A stretch of 54,439 nt of DNA from an uncultured Clostridia bacterium (GTDB lineage Bacteria; Bacillota; Clostridia; Christensenellales; UBA1242): positions 1 to 54,439 of the forward strand of contig CAMLYK010000002.1 of NCBI GenBank assembly GCA_946491735.1, written 5' to 3'. This document shows, one piece after another, positions 18,862 through 30,900 of this stretch. The notes under the pieces were generated by a model. It had not been told where the DNA came from and did no database searches. It was given only the letters and a program-made list of their open reading frames with translations. The stretch's first letter is position 1. The number at the start of each line of letters is the position of its first letter. The translations under genes were made by a program, and so were the position numbers.

Positions 18862-19873
18862 TGATTATTCATTAAATGAATTATATACTTTGCTAGCGGA
18901 TTTTAAAAAATTTCGTGCAAAGCAGATTTTTGATGCAATAATTCAAGCTAAAGATTATAGCGAAACAAATATTCCTAAAAAAATGATTGAGATTTTAAAA
19001 TCGGAATATATTTTAAAACCAATTGAAATTTATAAAGTGCTAACAAGTAAAGACGGCACAAAAAAATATCTTTTGAAATTGCATGATGACAATATTGTTG
19101 AATGCGTCTTTTTAAAACAAAATTATGGGAATACTATATGTATGTCTACACAAGTCGGATGCAGGATGGGGTGTAAATTTTGCGCATCAACTCAAAATGG
19201 TCTGATAAGGAATCTTACGGCTGGTGAAATGCTTTCAACAATCAGTGTAGTCAACGCAGATAACGGCAAATGTACTGATAGAAATTTCACAAATATTGTA
19301 TTGATGGGCAGTGGAGAACCGTTTGATAATTATGATAACGTGGTCAAATGGCTTGATTTGATAACGGACGAAAATGGGTTCAATGTGAGTGAACGCAATA
19401 TCTCAATCTCTACATGCGGATTGGTTGATAAAATATATAAATTTGCTGATCTAAAGTATAACATCACATTATGCGTTTCACTTCATGCGACTGATGATGA
19501 AATGAGGAAAACAATCATGCCTATTGCTAATAGGTATACTATAAATGAAATAATTGACGCTTTGAAATATTATGTAAGTAAAAATAATCGTAGGGTTGTG
19601 TTTGAGTATTGTTTAATTAAGGACTTGAATGATAGTTTTGACTGTGCAAAATCTTTATCCGTTTTGACAAAGGGTTTGAATTGCCATATAAATGTCATAT
19701 GTTTAAATCAAAATGGTGGCAGTCTGAAGGCAACGACCAAAAAAGAAGCATATGCGTTTGTTAATAAATTAAATGAATTGGGTGTCAGTGCAACTTTGCG
19801 TCGCAGTCAAGGCAGTGACATTGAAGGTGCATGTGGTATGCTTAGGGCTAAAACGTTGAAAGAAAATAATTGA
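18848..19873 (+). CDS. rlmN: 23S rRNA/tRNA (adenine-C2)-methyltransferase RlmN (radical SAM)
   Basis: Radical-SAM motif CRMGCKFC and a C-terminal GSDIEGACG motif. TTG start at 18848, behind AGGGAG. Confidence 0.92.
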   Translation: MKILSDYSLNELYTLLADFKKFRAKQIFDAIIQAKDYSETNIPKKMIEILKSEYILKPIEIYKVLTSKDGTKKYLLKLHDDNIVECVFLKQNYGNTICMSTQVGCRMGCKFCASTQNGLIRNLTAGEMLSTISVVNADNGKCTDRNFTNIVLMGSGEPFDNYDNVVKWLDLITDENGFNVSERNISISTCGLVDKIYKFADLKYNITLCVSLHATDDEMRKTIMPIANRYTINEIIDALKYYVSKNNRRVVFEYCLIKDLNDSFDCAKSLSVLTKGLNCHINVICLNQNGGSLKATTKKEAYAFVNKLNELGVSATLRRSQGSDIEGACGMLRAKTLKENN

Positions 19874-19991
19874 TCAAATAAAAGTTTAATTCGCAAAAAT
19901 ATTTGTTTAATATAGATTATATTTTATTTTTCTTGGGCTATTCATTTTTTAATTTCAAAATTTTATGTTATAATATTAATTAGGAGATAGT

Positions 19992-20651
19992 ATGCGAAAA
20001 GTTGTTGTATCGGCATCTAGTTTGCCAGCAGGAAGAAACATGTCTAGCCAAATTGATTATTTGCAAAAAGTTGGTAATTTTGGCGCGGATATGTATCACT
20101 TGGATGTAATGGATGGAAACTATGTGAAAACTAAAAGCATTGATTATACATATTTTGAACAGATGAAAGAAAAATCTAGTCTACTTTTTGATACTCATTT
20201 GATGATTACTGATCCCGAAAAACATGTCAAAAAATATATAAACGCGGGTGCAGATATCATTACAGTTCATTATGAAACTTTTTCTAGTGAAGAAAGTTTG
20301 ATCAAGGTATTAAAAAAAATTCGTAAAGGCAAGAAGATGGTAGGGCTAGCAATAGATATTGATACCAATGTTGAAGTTGTAGATAAATTTATAAAATATA
20401 TTGATATGGTTGTCATTCTTTGCGTAAAGGTTGGCAAAGGCGGCCAAGAATTCAACAAATCAGCATTGAACAAAATCAAACACATTCGCAATATCAATCC
20501 TGATATTTTGATTGAAGCGGACGGGGGTATCAATGATGTCACTGGAGCACAATGTGTGAGAGCAGGTGCTGATATTTTAGTCAGTGGCAATTTCATATTC
20601 AATAATGATACGTATGATGCAATAAAGCAGTTGAAGGGTAAACATGGATAA
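19992..20651 (+). CDS. rpe: Ribulose-phosphate 3-epimerase
   Basis: HLDVMDG, DTHLM and EADGGIN motifs. The N-terminal segment is somewhat divergent. Confidence 0.85.
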   Translation: MRKVVVSASSLPAGRNMSSQIDYLQKVGNFGADMYHLDVMDGNYVKTKSIDYTYFEQMKEKSSLLFDTHLMITDPEKHVKKYINAGADIITVHYETFSSEESLIKVLKKIRKGKKMVGLAIDIDTNVEVVDKFIKYIDMVVILCVKVGKGGQEFNKSALNKIKHIRNINPDILIEADGGINDVTGAQCVRAGADILVSGNFIFNNDTYDAIKQLKGKHG

Positions 20652-21339
20652 TAGATTTTATTTTGAAGTCAATGATGACTCGAATGTTAAATTTATAAAT
20701 CAAGAATATATACATTTGACGAAAGTTAGACGATGCAAAATTGGAGATAAAATTGTTGGTTTTAATGGAGATGGATATGATTATCATCTAGAAATTACGA
20801 ATATTACAAAATACAAAGTCATTGCAAGGATTCTAGATAGACAAAAAAATTCTGCGTATGATGATGTCTGTGTAACAGTATATCTAGCCTTGATAAAAAA
20901 TGATGCACTAAGTACAGCAATTGACAATTTGGCAGAATTAAATGTGAAAAATGTCAAGTTGTTTAAATCCGACTATAGCGTTGTAACGATCGATGAAAAG
21001 AAGTTGAATAAATTAAATCAAATTGCAATTCAAGCTAGCAAACAAAGTGAACGTGCAGATATAATGAAAGTTGAATTGATAGATAAAACTGATATTAAAG
21101 ATGATGCCAAAAATTATGACAATTGTTTTTTTGCATATGAAAATGCTACCGACAAGATCGAAAATTTCATAGGTAATTTTGCTGTCGTTATAGGTCCAGA
21201 GGGAGGATTTTCTAAAGACGAAGTCAAATATTTTTCTAGCTTTTGTAAAACTATTAGTTTATCAAAAACAATACTCAGAGCAGAAGTCGCTTGCGTCAAT
21301 GCAGTCAGTGCATTAAAGGCGGTAAATGATGTTAGTTAG
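20644..21339 (+). CDS. rsmE: 16S rRNA (uracil1498-N3)-methyltransferase RsmE
   Basis: C-terminal GPEGGFSKDE and LSKTILRAE motifs. It lies upstream of mtaB, as in Bacillus. Confidence 0.88.
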   Translation: MDNRFYFEVNDDSNVKFINQEYIHLTKVRRCKIGDKIVGFNGDGYDYHLEITNITKYKVIARILDRQKNSAYDDVCVTVYLALIKNDALSTAIDNLAELNVKNVKLFKSDYSVVTIDEKKLNKLNQIAIQASKQSERADIMKVELIDKTDIKDDAKNYDNCFFAYENATDKIENFIGNFAVVIGPEGGFSKDEVKYFSSFCKTISLSKTILRAEVACVNAVSALKAVNDVS

Positions 21340-22924
21340 TGTAATTACTCTAGGGTGCAAAGTAAATGAATATGAAAGCCAATCCATTTTAAATCAACTG
21401 AAAATGGAGGGCTATGATATTTGTGAAGGATTAAAAAAAGCAGATGCATATATTATCAACACATGTGCTGTGACCAATGTGGCGGAGAGAAAATCCAGGC
21501 AAGTACTAGCAAAAATATTTAAACTTAATCCAGAGGCAAAAGTTGCTGTCTGTGGTTGTGCGGTACAAAATAATCCTACACAATTTTTAAAAAATAAAAA
21601 TATCATAGCAATTGTTGGGAATGAAGGTAAAAACGCGATTATAAAATTTATTAAACAAAAGAATAAAGAATTGCTAGAGTTGAATAATGAAAAATACAAT
21701 AATACTGCTCGTCCAATCATGACACGAACAAGACAATATATAAAAATTCAAGATGGTTGTAATTACTTTTGTACATATTGCATTATACCATATCTAAGAG
21801 GTAGAAGCAGAAGTAGAGATATTGATGACATATTGGATGAAATAAGACAAACAAGTGCAAATGAAATCGTTTTAACCGGTATCAATATATCAGATTATCG
21901 AATAGGCAATGAGTTAGGTTTAAAGAGATTAATCAAAAAAATTGACAAGTTGAATGTCCGCTTTAGAATATCATCATTGGAATGTAATGTTTTAGATGAT
22001 GAAATGATTGAAATACTAAAAAATTCGAAAAATTTTTGTCCACATTTTCATATCAGTTTGCAATCAGCATGCAATGAAACTCTAAAACGCATGAACAGAA
22101 GATATACTATTGAGGAATACATAAATATTGTCAAAAAGATAAGATCCAATTTTAATAATCCATCAATTTCTACAGACATCATTGTAGGGTTTAAAGGAGA
22201 GACGGAAGAAGAATTTAATCAAACAGTCGAAAATTTAAAAATTATTCAATTCAGTTTCATGCACATATTTCCTTATAGCGAGCGTTCGGGTACCAATGCG
22301 ACAAAACTCAGTGGAGCAATAGATAGGTGTGAACAAAAACGTAGAGAACACGTTTTGCAAGAAATGAACAAAGAGTTTAAACATAATTTTTATAATCAAA
22401 ATAAAAATACAGTTCATAAAGTTTTAATTGAAGAAGTTATTGACGAAAATTTATCTTTAGGTTATACTGATAATTATATATACACTTACATTGATGCAAA
22501 ATGCAAAGTAGGTGATATTGTAGATGCTAAACTTATTTCAGAATATGAAAATGGAATGAAAGCACAATCAAAATATAGGGAGGAAATTATGGAAGATTGT
22601 ATTTTTTGTAAAATTAAAAAAGGTGAATTGCCAAGTACGACATTATACTCAGATGATGAATTTATGATTATTAAAGATATCAATCCGCAGGCTAAAATTC
22701 ATCTTATTGCTATACCGAATGAGCATGTACCATACATTGACATGATGACTGAAGAGGGAGCAATAAAATTAGGAAAAATGATATCCAAGATTTCACACTT
22801 ACAAGAGGAATTGGGTTTGACAGGCGGATATAGACTCGTGATCAATCAAGGTGACAATGCAGGGCAAACGGTTGCCCATGTTCATATTCACATACTGGGT
22901 GGAGAAAAATTAAAAGAGTTATAA
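21326..22924 (+). CDS. mtaB: MtaB-type radical-SAM tRNA methylthiotransferase fused in frame to a HIT (histidine triad) domain
   Basis: UPF0004 cysteines (LGCKVN, NTCAVT, VCGC), radical-SAM motif CNYFCTYC and a TRAM domain run to about aa 421. From Met422 (nt 22589) there is a complete HIT protein ending in HVHIHILGG. AGGGAGG (22577-22583) lies 5 nt upstream of that ATG. Confidence 0.85.
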   Translation: MMLVSVITLGCKVNEYESQSILNQLKMEGYDICEGLKKADAYIINTCAVTNVAERKSRQVLAKIFKLNPEAKVAVCGCAVQNNPTQFLKNKNIIAIVGNEGKNAIIKFIKQKNKELLELNNEKYNNTARPIMTRTRQYIKIQDGCNYFCTYCIIPYLRGRSRSRDIDDILDEIRQTSANEIVLTGINISDYRIGNELGLKRLIKKIDKLNVRFRISSLECNVLDDEMIEILKNSKNFCPHFHISLQSACNETLKRMNRRYTIEEYINIVKKIRSNFNNPSISTDIIVGFKGETEEEFNQTVENLKIIQFSFMHIFPYSERSGTNATKLSGAIDRCEQKRREHVLQEMNKEFKHNFYNQNKNTVHKVLIEEVIDENLSLGYTDNYIYTYIDAKCKVGDIVDAKLISEYENGMKAQSKYREEIMEDCIFCKIKKGELPSTTLYSDDEFMIIKDINPQAKIHLIAIPNEHVPYIDMMTEEGAIKLGKMISKISHLQEELGLTGGYRLVINQGDNAGQTVAHVHIHILGGEKLKEL

Positions 22925-23013
22925 TTCGTATTTGAAACTATATTCTGCATGCTCTTATTACCTTTAATCAATCAAAATTAATATCAGAATTCAGATAAAA
23001 ATTACAAAAAATG

Positions 23014-23042
23014 TTGACAATATTCATTTTTTCGGTTATTAT
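23014..23042 (+). promoter_or_regulatory. Promoter for rpsU
   Basis: TTGACA (23014-23019), a 17-nt spacer, then TATTAT (23037-23042). Confidence 0.55.
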
Positions 23043-23077
23043 AATATATAGAATTTATATTAAAGGTGGTGAAAAGA

Positions 23078-23266
23078 TTGACAACAGTTCGTTGCGGAGA
23101 AAACGAATCTCCTGAAAGTGCATTGAAACGTTTTAAACGTAAATGTCAAAAAGACGGCATTATAGGAGATTTAAAAAAGAATATTGAATACAAAAAACCA
23201 AGCGTAAAACGCAAAGAAAAGAGCAAAGCTGCTAGAAAACGTGCTATGAAACGTAATCGTTATTAA
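23078..23266 (+). CDS. rpsU: 30S ribosomal protein S21
   Basis: ENESPESALKRFKRKCQKDGI and a basic C-terminus. I prefer the TTG at 23078, about 7 nt after AAAGGTGGTG. The track ORF starts at a GTG at 23066, inside that RBS. Confidence 0.88.
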   Translation: MTTVRCGENESPESALKRFKRKCQKDGIIGDLKKNIEYKKPSVKRKEKSKAARKRAMKRNRY

Positions 23267-23268
23267 TT

Positions 23269-23292
23269 CACTAGTTTATACTAGTGTTTTTT
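23269..23292 (+). terminator. Rho-independent terminator after rpsU
   Basis: Stem CACTAG/CTAGTG with loop TTTATA, then T6. Confidence 0.7.
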
Positions 23293-23406
23293 ATTAAGAA
23301 ATTGAGTCAACTTTGATATTCTTAAATTGCAAAATTATTTTTAAATTAAATAAATTTAAATATTTTTTAATTTTTAAAATAAAACATTTTGTTTTTTATT
23401 TTCATT

Positions 23407-23415
23407 TGGTATAAT
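23407..23415 (+). promoter_or_regulatory. Extended -10 promoter abutting the pcrA start codon
   Basis: TGgTATAAT at 23407-23415. The pcrA ATG at 23422 is 7 nt after the hexamer. Confidence 0.45.
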
Positions 23416-23421
23416 AGGAAT

Positions 23422-25653
23422 ATGGATTATAAAACATTACTTAACGATGAACAATATAATGCTGCGGTGTGTACGGAGGGTCCCGTTTTAGTCAGTGCTG
23501 GTGCGGGGAGCGGAAAGACACGCCTTTTGACGTATAGAATCGCCTACCTTATCACTGAATGTAATGTTCCTGCTCAAAACATTTTGGCTATAACATTTAC
23601 AAACAAAGCTGCCAACGAAATGAAAGAGAGAATACGAAAAATTGTTCCAGACGGCGAGCTTGTTTTGGTCAGCACGTTTCATAGTTTTTGTGCTAGAATG
23701 TTGCGAGCATATTCTTCTTTTATTCCTAACTATAAAGAGAATTTCACTATCTATAGCGAAACTGACACCAATAAACTTCTAAAAGATATTTTTAAACAAA
23801 TGAATATCCTTGATGAGAACACAAAAGACGAATTCAAACATAACATTTCAATTATTAAAAATAATAATATGTCAATTGAAGAATATGTGAAAATTTTTAA
23901 ATATGATAGAAAAATCGTCGAGTTTGAAAGATTTTATCATACATATCAAAGTGAACTTATCAAGAACAATGCAATGGATTTTGATGACTTGTTGATTAAT
24001 TTCTTTAATCTGATAAATACAAATCAAGATGTATTAGATAGTATTCAAAATAAATTTACATATTTTAGTGTAGACGAATTTCAAGATACAAACAAAATTC
24101 AATATGATATAATCAAATTATTAGCATCAAAGACGCGCAATATTTTGATAGTGGGAGATGAAGATCAGTCAATTTACGGTTGGCGTGGAGCGAATATTGA
24201 AAATATATTTAATTTCACAAAAGATTTTCCGGATGCAAAAATATTTAAATTAGAGCAAAATTATCGCAGTACAAAAAAAATTTTAGATAGAGCTAATTTG
24301 ATAATAAAAAATAACCGAAACCGTTTAGAAAAAAAATTATATACACAAAACGAAGATGGAGCAGATGTCTTTTATTATCAAGCGATGAGTGAGTCGGATG
24401 AAGCGGATTTTGTCATTCAATCTATAATAAGAATGCACGAATCTGGAGTACCTTATAACGAAATGGCTATTTTGATGCGTCTAAATGCACTGAGCAGAAC
24501 TTTTGAAGAAAAAATGCTCAATTATGGCATTCCACATGTTATGTATAATGGCATCAAATTCTTTGAAAGAGCGGAAATTAAAAGCGTTTTGGCATACCTA
24601 ACGTCGATTGTCAATCCAAATGATGATATCAGTTTTGCTCGAATTATTAATTTCCCTAGAAGAGGCATTGGAGAAACTAGCATTGAAAAATTGTACGAAA
24701 TTTCAGCAAAAAGGCATGTTCCTTTGAAAGAAGTTGTCATGAATTATGAAAACGAAATTTTGCCAACTGCACTAAAGGATAAATTGAGGGACTTGAAGGC
24801 ATTATTTTTAGACTTGCAAGACAATATTGACAAATTGGATATGTATGATTTTATCACATATATGCTTGAAAAAACTAATATTTTAAAATCATATGATTTG
24901 GATAACGAGCAAGATTATGAACGATATTTGAATATAAATTCCTTGGTAAATTCAATACAAGAATTTGAAGAAGCCAATCAAAATGCTACGATCATTGATT
25001 ATCTTCAATCTGTCACGTTATCCACAGCGATGGATAGTGATGATGGCAAAGGAGTGGTTATAGCAACTGTGCATGGAGCAAAGGGGCTTGAATTTGACAC
25101 CGTATACATTGTCGGTTGTGAAGAAAAAATCTTTCCTATATCAAGAGAAAACAGCGATGACATTGAAGAAGAAAGACGTTTAATGTATGTGGCGATCACG
25201 CGAGCAAAAAAGAATTTAATAATTACCAGCAGTTCATCACGCTATCTATATGGGAAAAGAGAATATAGCGTCAAATCACGCTTTTTGTACGAACTGGATT
25301 TGGTACGAGATAGACAAATAAATTCGGGTTATAAAACATATAATAATTACAATAATTTTAATAATCAATATGGTTCTAAAAACTATAATCAATATGGAGG
25401 AAATATGAACAATTTAGAAACTAATCAAAACAAATCATTTAATTATACATTCAATAAAAATACTATTGAAAAGAAATCTGTTGATTTTTCAAAAATCAAA
25501 TTAGGTGCAAAAGTCAGCCATCCAAAATTTGGCACTGGCGAAATAACAGAAATTACACCTAATTCGAGCAATCATTGTGTGAAGATAAAATTTGAAGGTG
25601 TTGGAGAAAAAATGCTTTCACTTGACTATGCACCTATTGAATTCGTGGACTAA
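23422..25653 (+). CDS. pcrA: ATP-dependent DNA helicase PcrA/UvrD family
   Basis: Walker A AGAGSGKT, DEFQDT, the helicase motifs and a C-terminal Tudor-like domain. It lies upstream of ligA, as in Bacillus. The start was moved to 23422. Confidence 0.93.
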   Translation: MDYKTLLNDEQYNAAVCTEGPVLVSAGAGSGKTRLLTYRIAYLITECNVPAQNILAITFTNKAANEMKERIRKIVPDGELVLVSTFHSFCARMLRAYSSFIPNYKENFTIYSETDTNKLLKDIFKQMNILDENTKDEFKHNISIIKNNNMSIEEYVKIFKYDRKIVEFERFYHTYQSELIKNNAMDFDDLLINFFNLINTNQDVLDSIQNKFTYFSVDEFQDTNKIQYDIIKLLASKTRNILIVGDEDQSIYGWRGANIENIFNFTKDFPDAKIFKLEQNYRSTKKILDRANLIIKNNRNRLEKKLYTQNEDGADVFYYQAMSESDEADFVIQSIIRMHESGVPYNEMAILMRLNALSRTFEEKMLNYGIPHVMYNGIKFFERAEIKSVLAYLTSIVNPNDDISFARIINFPRRGIGETSIEKLYEISAKRHVPLKEVVMNYENEILPTALKDKLRDLKALFLDLQDNIDKLDMYDFITYMLEKTNILKSYDLDNEQDYERYLNINSLVNSIQEFEEANQNATIIDYLQSVTLSTAMDSDDGKGVVIATVHGAKGLEFDTVYIVGCEEKIFPISRENSDDIEEERRLMYVAITRAKKNLIITSSSSRYLYGKREYSVKSRFLYELDLVRDRQINSGYKTYNNYNNFNNQYGSKNYNQYGGNMNNLETNQNKSFNYTFNKNTIEKKSVDFSKIKLGAKVSHPKFGTGEITEITPNSSNHCVKIKFEGVGEKMLSLDYAPIEFVD

Positions 25654-25674
25654 CAATAATCAATTTTAATTTAA

Positions 25675-27657
<1,983 letters not shown>

Positions 27658-27767
27658 TAAATTTATATCATTTGATCTCATTTTTAGTATAATTTGACTG
27701 AAAATAAAGAACTGTTTTACTTTATATTTTAAAAAACAGGAAAATGCAATTATATATTAATCATGAT

Positions 27768-27806
27768 AAATCACTTAAAATTAAATTTTTATAAGTGATT
27801 TTTTTA
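27768..27806 (+). terminator. Rho-independent terminator in the ligA-smc spacer
   Basis: 10-bp stem AAATCACTTA/TAAGTGATTT with a 14-nt loop, then T7. It lies about 110 nt after the ligA stop. Confidence 0.6.
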
Positions 27807-27915
27807 TTATCCTATTCAATTTAATTTGAAAAATAAATATTTTTTGATATAATAATTTTGTTGAAAAATTACAAAAGATTGACGGCTATTTGTAATTAAT
27901 GTAAATGGGGTCGAA

Positions 27916-30900
27916 ATGATTACTTTTAAAGAAATTGAAATGGCGGGGTTCAAGTCCTTTGCCGATGAAACTCATATAAATTTTGACGGTGGTATCACAG
28001 CAATTGTTGGACCAAATGGGTGTGGCAAATCAAACGTCAGTGATGCTATTCGTTGGGTGCTTGGAGAACAATCAAGTAAGGCATTGCGTGGTAAATCTAT
28101 GCAAGATGTCATTTTTGCTGGTACAGAAAAACGAAAAAAATTGAGTTATTGTGAAGTGTCGCTTATTTTTGACAATACAAACAAATGGTTCAATATTGAA
28201 TATGATGAAGTTGTCATAACAAGAAAATTATATCGAAGTGGAGAAAGTGATTATCAGATCAATCGCAAGCCATGCAGACTAAAAGACATTCGAGATCTTT
28301 TATATGACAGTGGTATTGGTAAAGATGGTTATTCAATTATTGGTCAGGGTAGAGTTGAGGAGATCATTCAGTCAAAGCCAGAAGAAAGACGTGCGATTTT
28401 TGAAGAAGCTGCAGGGATTGCAAAATACAAAGCTAGAAAGGTTGAAACAGAAAATAGACTCGAACGAGTTCGGGATAACTTAAGCCGTGCAGGCGATATT
28501 ATTGGAGAGGTCGAAAGAAGATTAGGTCCATTAAAAAAGCAAAGTGAAGATGCAAAAAAATATCTAGAATATAGAGATATTTTAAAGAATTTAGAAATCA
28601 ACGCATATATTTATCAATATGATCATGCTGCTCAAACAAAAGATGAAGTCAATGAAAAATTACAGGGTTATAGAGACAATCTAAATATCTTGGAAAATAG
28701 TTTGCAGACAGAGCAGGCAAAATATGACAAATCTTTAAATGAAATCAACCAATTAGATAAAAAAGCAAGTGAATTGCATGAACAAGTTTTGCATAACACT
28801 GTAACTCTAGAAAAGAAACAAGGGGATACTCGTCTACTTAATGAGCAGACAAGATACCTCAAAGAACAATTAGATAGATTGAATAATGAATATGAAAATT
28901 ATACGTTAGAATACAATCAAAAGATGGCTCTCATTCAATCTGCCACTTCATTACGAGATGAGGAAAAAGAAAATCTAAACAACCTTTATTCTCAATCTCA
29001 GGAGTTATCAGAGAAATATCTGCAGTTGATTGATGAACTTACCAAGAGCGAGGGTGAGAAGGAAGAAAATCAACGAGCCATGATTGACAATCTATCAAAA
29101 CTTACAGATATAAAATCAAATCTCTCAGCTTATATTGCCAAACGTGACACTATGCGTGAAAACATAAATCAAGATAGAATAAAATTAAACGATTTAAATG
29201 ATGATAGAGATAGTATTGAGCAAGAATTCACAAAACTAAAGATTGATTTAGACAACATCCAAAAATCTAGGGACATTAAGACAGATAATATTGCAAAAAT
29301 CAATCAAAAAATGCAATCAATCAATCAAAACATTGACGAATTAAACTCTAGAATTTATGCACTGAAAACTAGCATTTCAAATGATACAAATAGGAAGAAT
29401 ATATTATCTAATTTGCAAGCAGATTTTGAAGGATACCAATTTGCTGTAAAACGACTCTTGCAGGAAGGTAAAAATAATCCGAAACTCAATAGTGCAATTA
29501 AAGGTGTGGTAGGCAATATCATATCAGTTGAGCCAAAATTTCAGCAAGCTATTGAAATTGCACTGGGTGGAAGCATACAAAATATAGTTACAAAAGATGA
29601 AAATGATGCCAAAGTCTTGATAAATTATTTGAAAGAGATGAAGCTGGGTAGAGCAACATTCCTTCCAATAAGTGCAGTTAAACCACGCAGTATCTCCTCA
29701 TCCGACAAAGCATATTTGACTAGTACCGGTTGTTTAGGAATCGCCAGCGAACTTGTCAAAACGGATGCAATTTACAAACCAGTTATAGAGAGTTTGTTGG
29801 GATCAACTGTAGTGTGTGACAATCTAGACAATGCTGTTGCGATTGCAAAAAAGAGCAACTATTCATTTAGGATAGTCACACTTGAAGGTGATGTATTGTC
29901 GCCACAGGGTAGTATGTCTGGTGGTAGCAAAAAGAGCAATGATAGTTCACTTTTGAGTAAAGAATCTGAAATCAAAAATCTGACCCAAAACATAGAGGAC
30001 AAGACAAAAGAATTGCAAGCAGATGAAATTCAATTAAATTCTTATGTGTCAGCTTTGAACAAACTAAAAGAATTGTTAGATAACGAAAACGCTTCATTGC
30101 AATCGTTGAATAATGAATTTTATTCAAAAAATACAAAATTAGAAAGTATTGAACAAAATCTTAATGCAATTGAAGAAGATATATTCAGTTTGAGTAGTCA
30201 ACTAAAGATTGCAGAAAACATAGTCACTGATCTAGAAACTAAAATCAATTCGATTGATAAAGTCGAGTTGGAATATGCCACTTCTCAAGCTAAAGTTGGC
30301 GAAATCAATGACGATAACAAAAATGCGTATGAAGAATTGAAACAAAAGCGGGATGAATACCAAGATAATATGATGCAATTAAGGATTCAAATTGCATCAA
30401 TTGAAGAAAAAATAAGATCGTTAAACAAGGATATTGAAAGTTATTCAGCAGATATTGAGAATGTGAAAAAATCATTGGAGAGAGTAGAATCAGAATTGTC
30501 TTCACAACAGAAAGTATATGACGAAGCGGTAAATATCAATCGCACTCAGAATGAAGATAGTGAAATTGAAGAAATCAAACAGACCATTGAAGAATTGAAT
30601 ACAAAACTTTCACAATTTGATGAATTCAAACAGACTCTCATGAAAGAATTAAAAGATTTGGATGACAAAAAATCCGTACTTTCAAATGATATCGCTCGAT
30701 TGAACAACAAAATATATCAAGAGGAAACCAGACTTCAAAAGGTCGATTTGGATATTGAAAATATGCAAGAACGTATCTTTGAAGAGTACGAGATGACATA
30801 CAATGATTGTCTACCATTCAAAGATCAGGATGAAAATTTTGATATAAAAGATGTGATGATCAGAATTAGTAAAACGAAAAATCAGATCACATCTCTAGGT

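Noticed and set aside
27744-27794. 16-codon ORF (MQLYINHDKSLKIKFL) after AGGA in the ligA-smc spacer
   Set aside because: It is too short, it overlaps the terminator stem, and I can see no supporting conservation. It is most likely a chance ORF.
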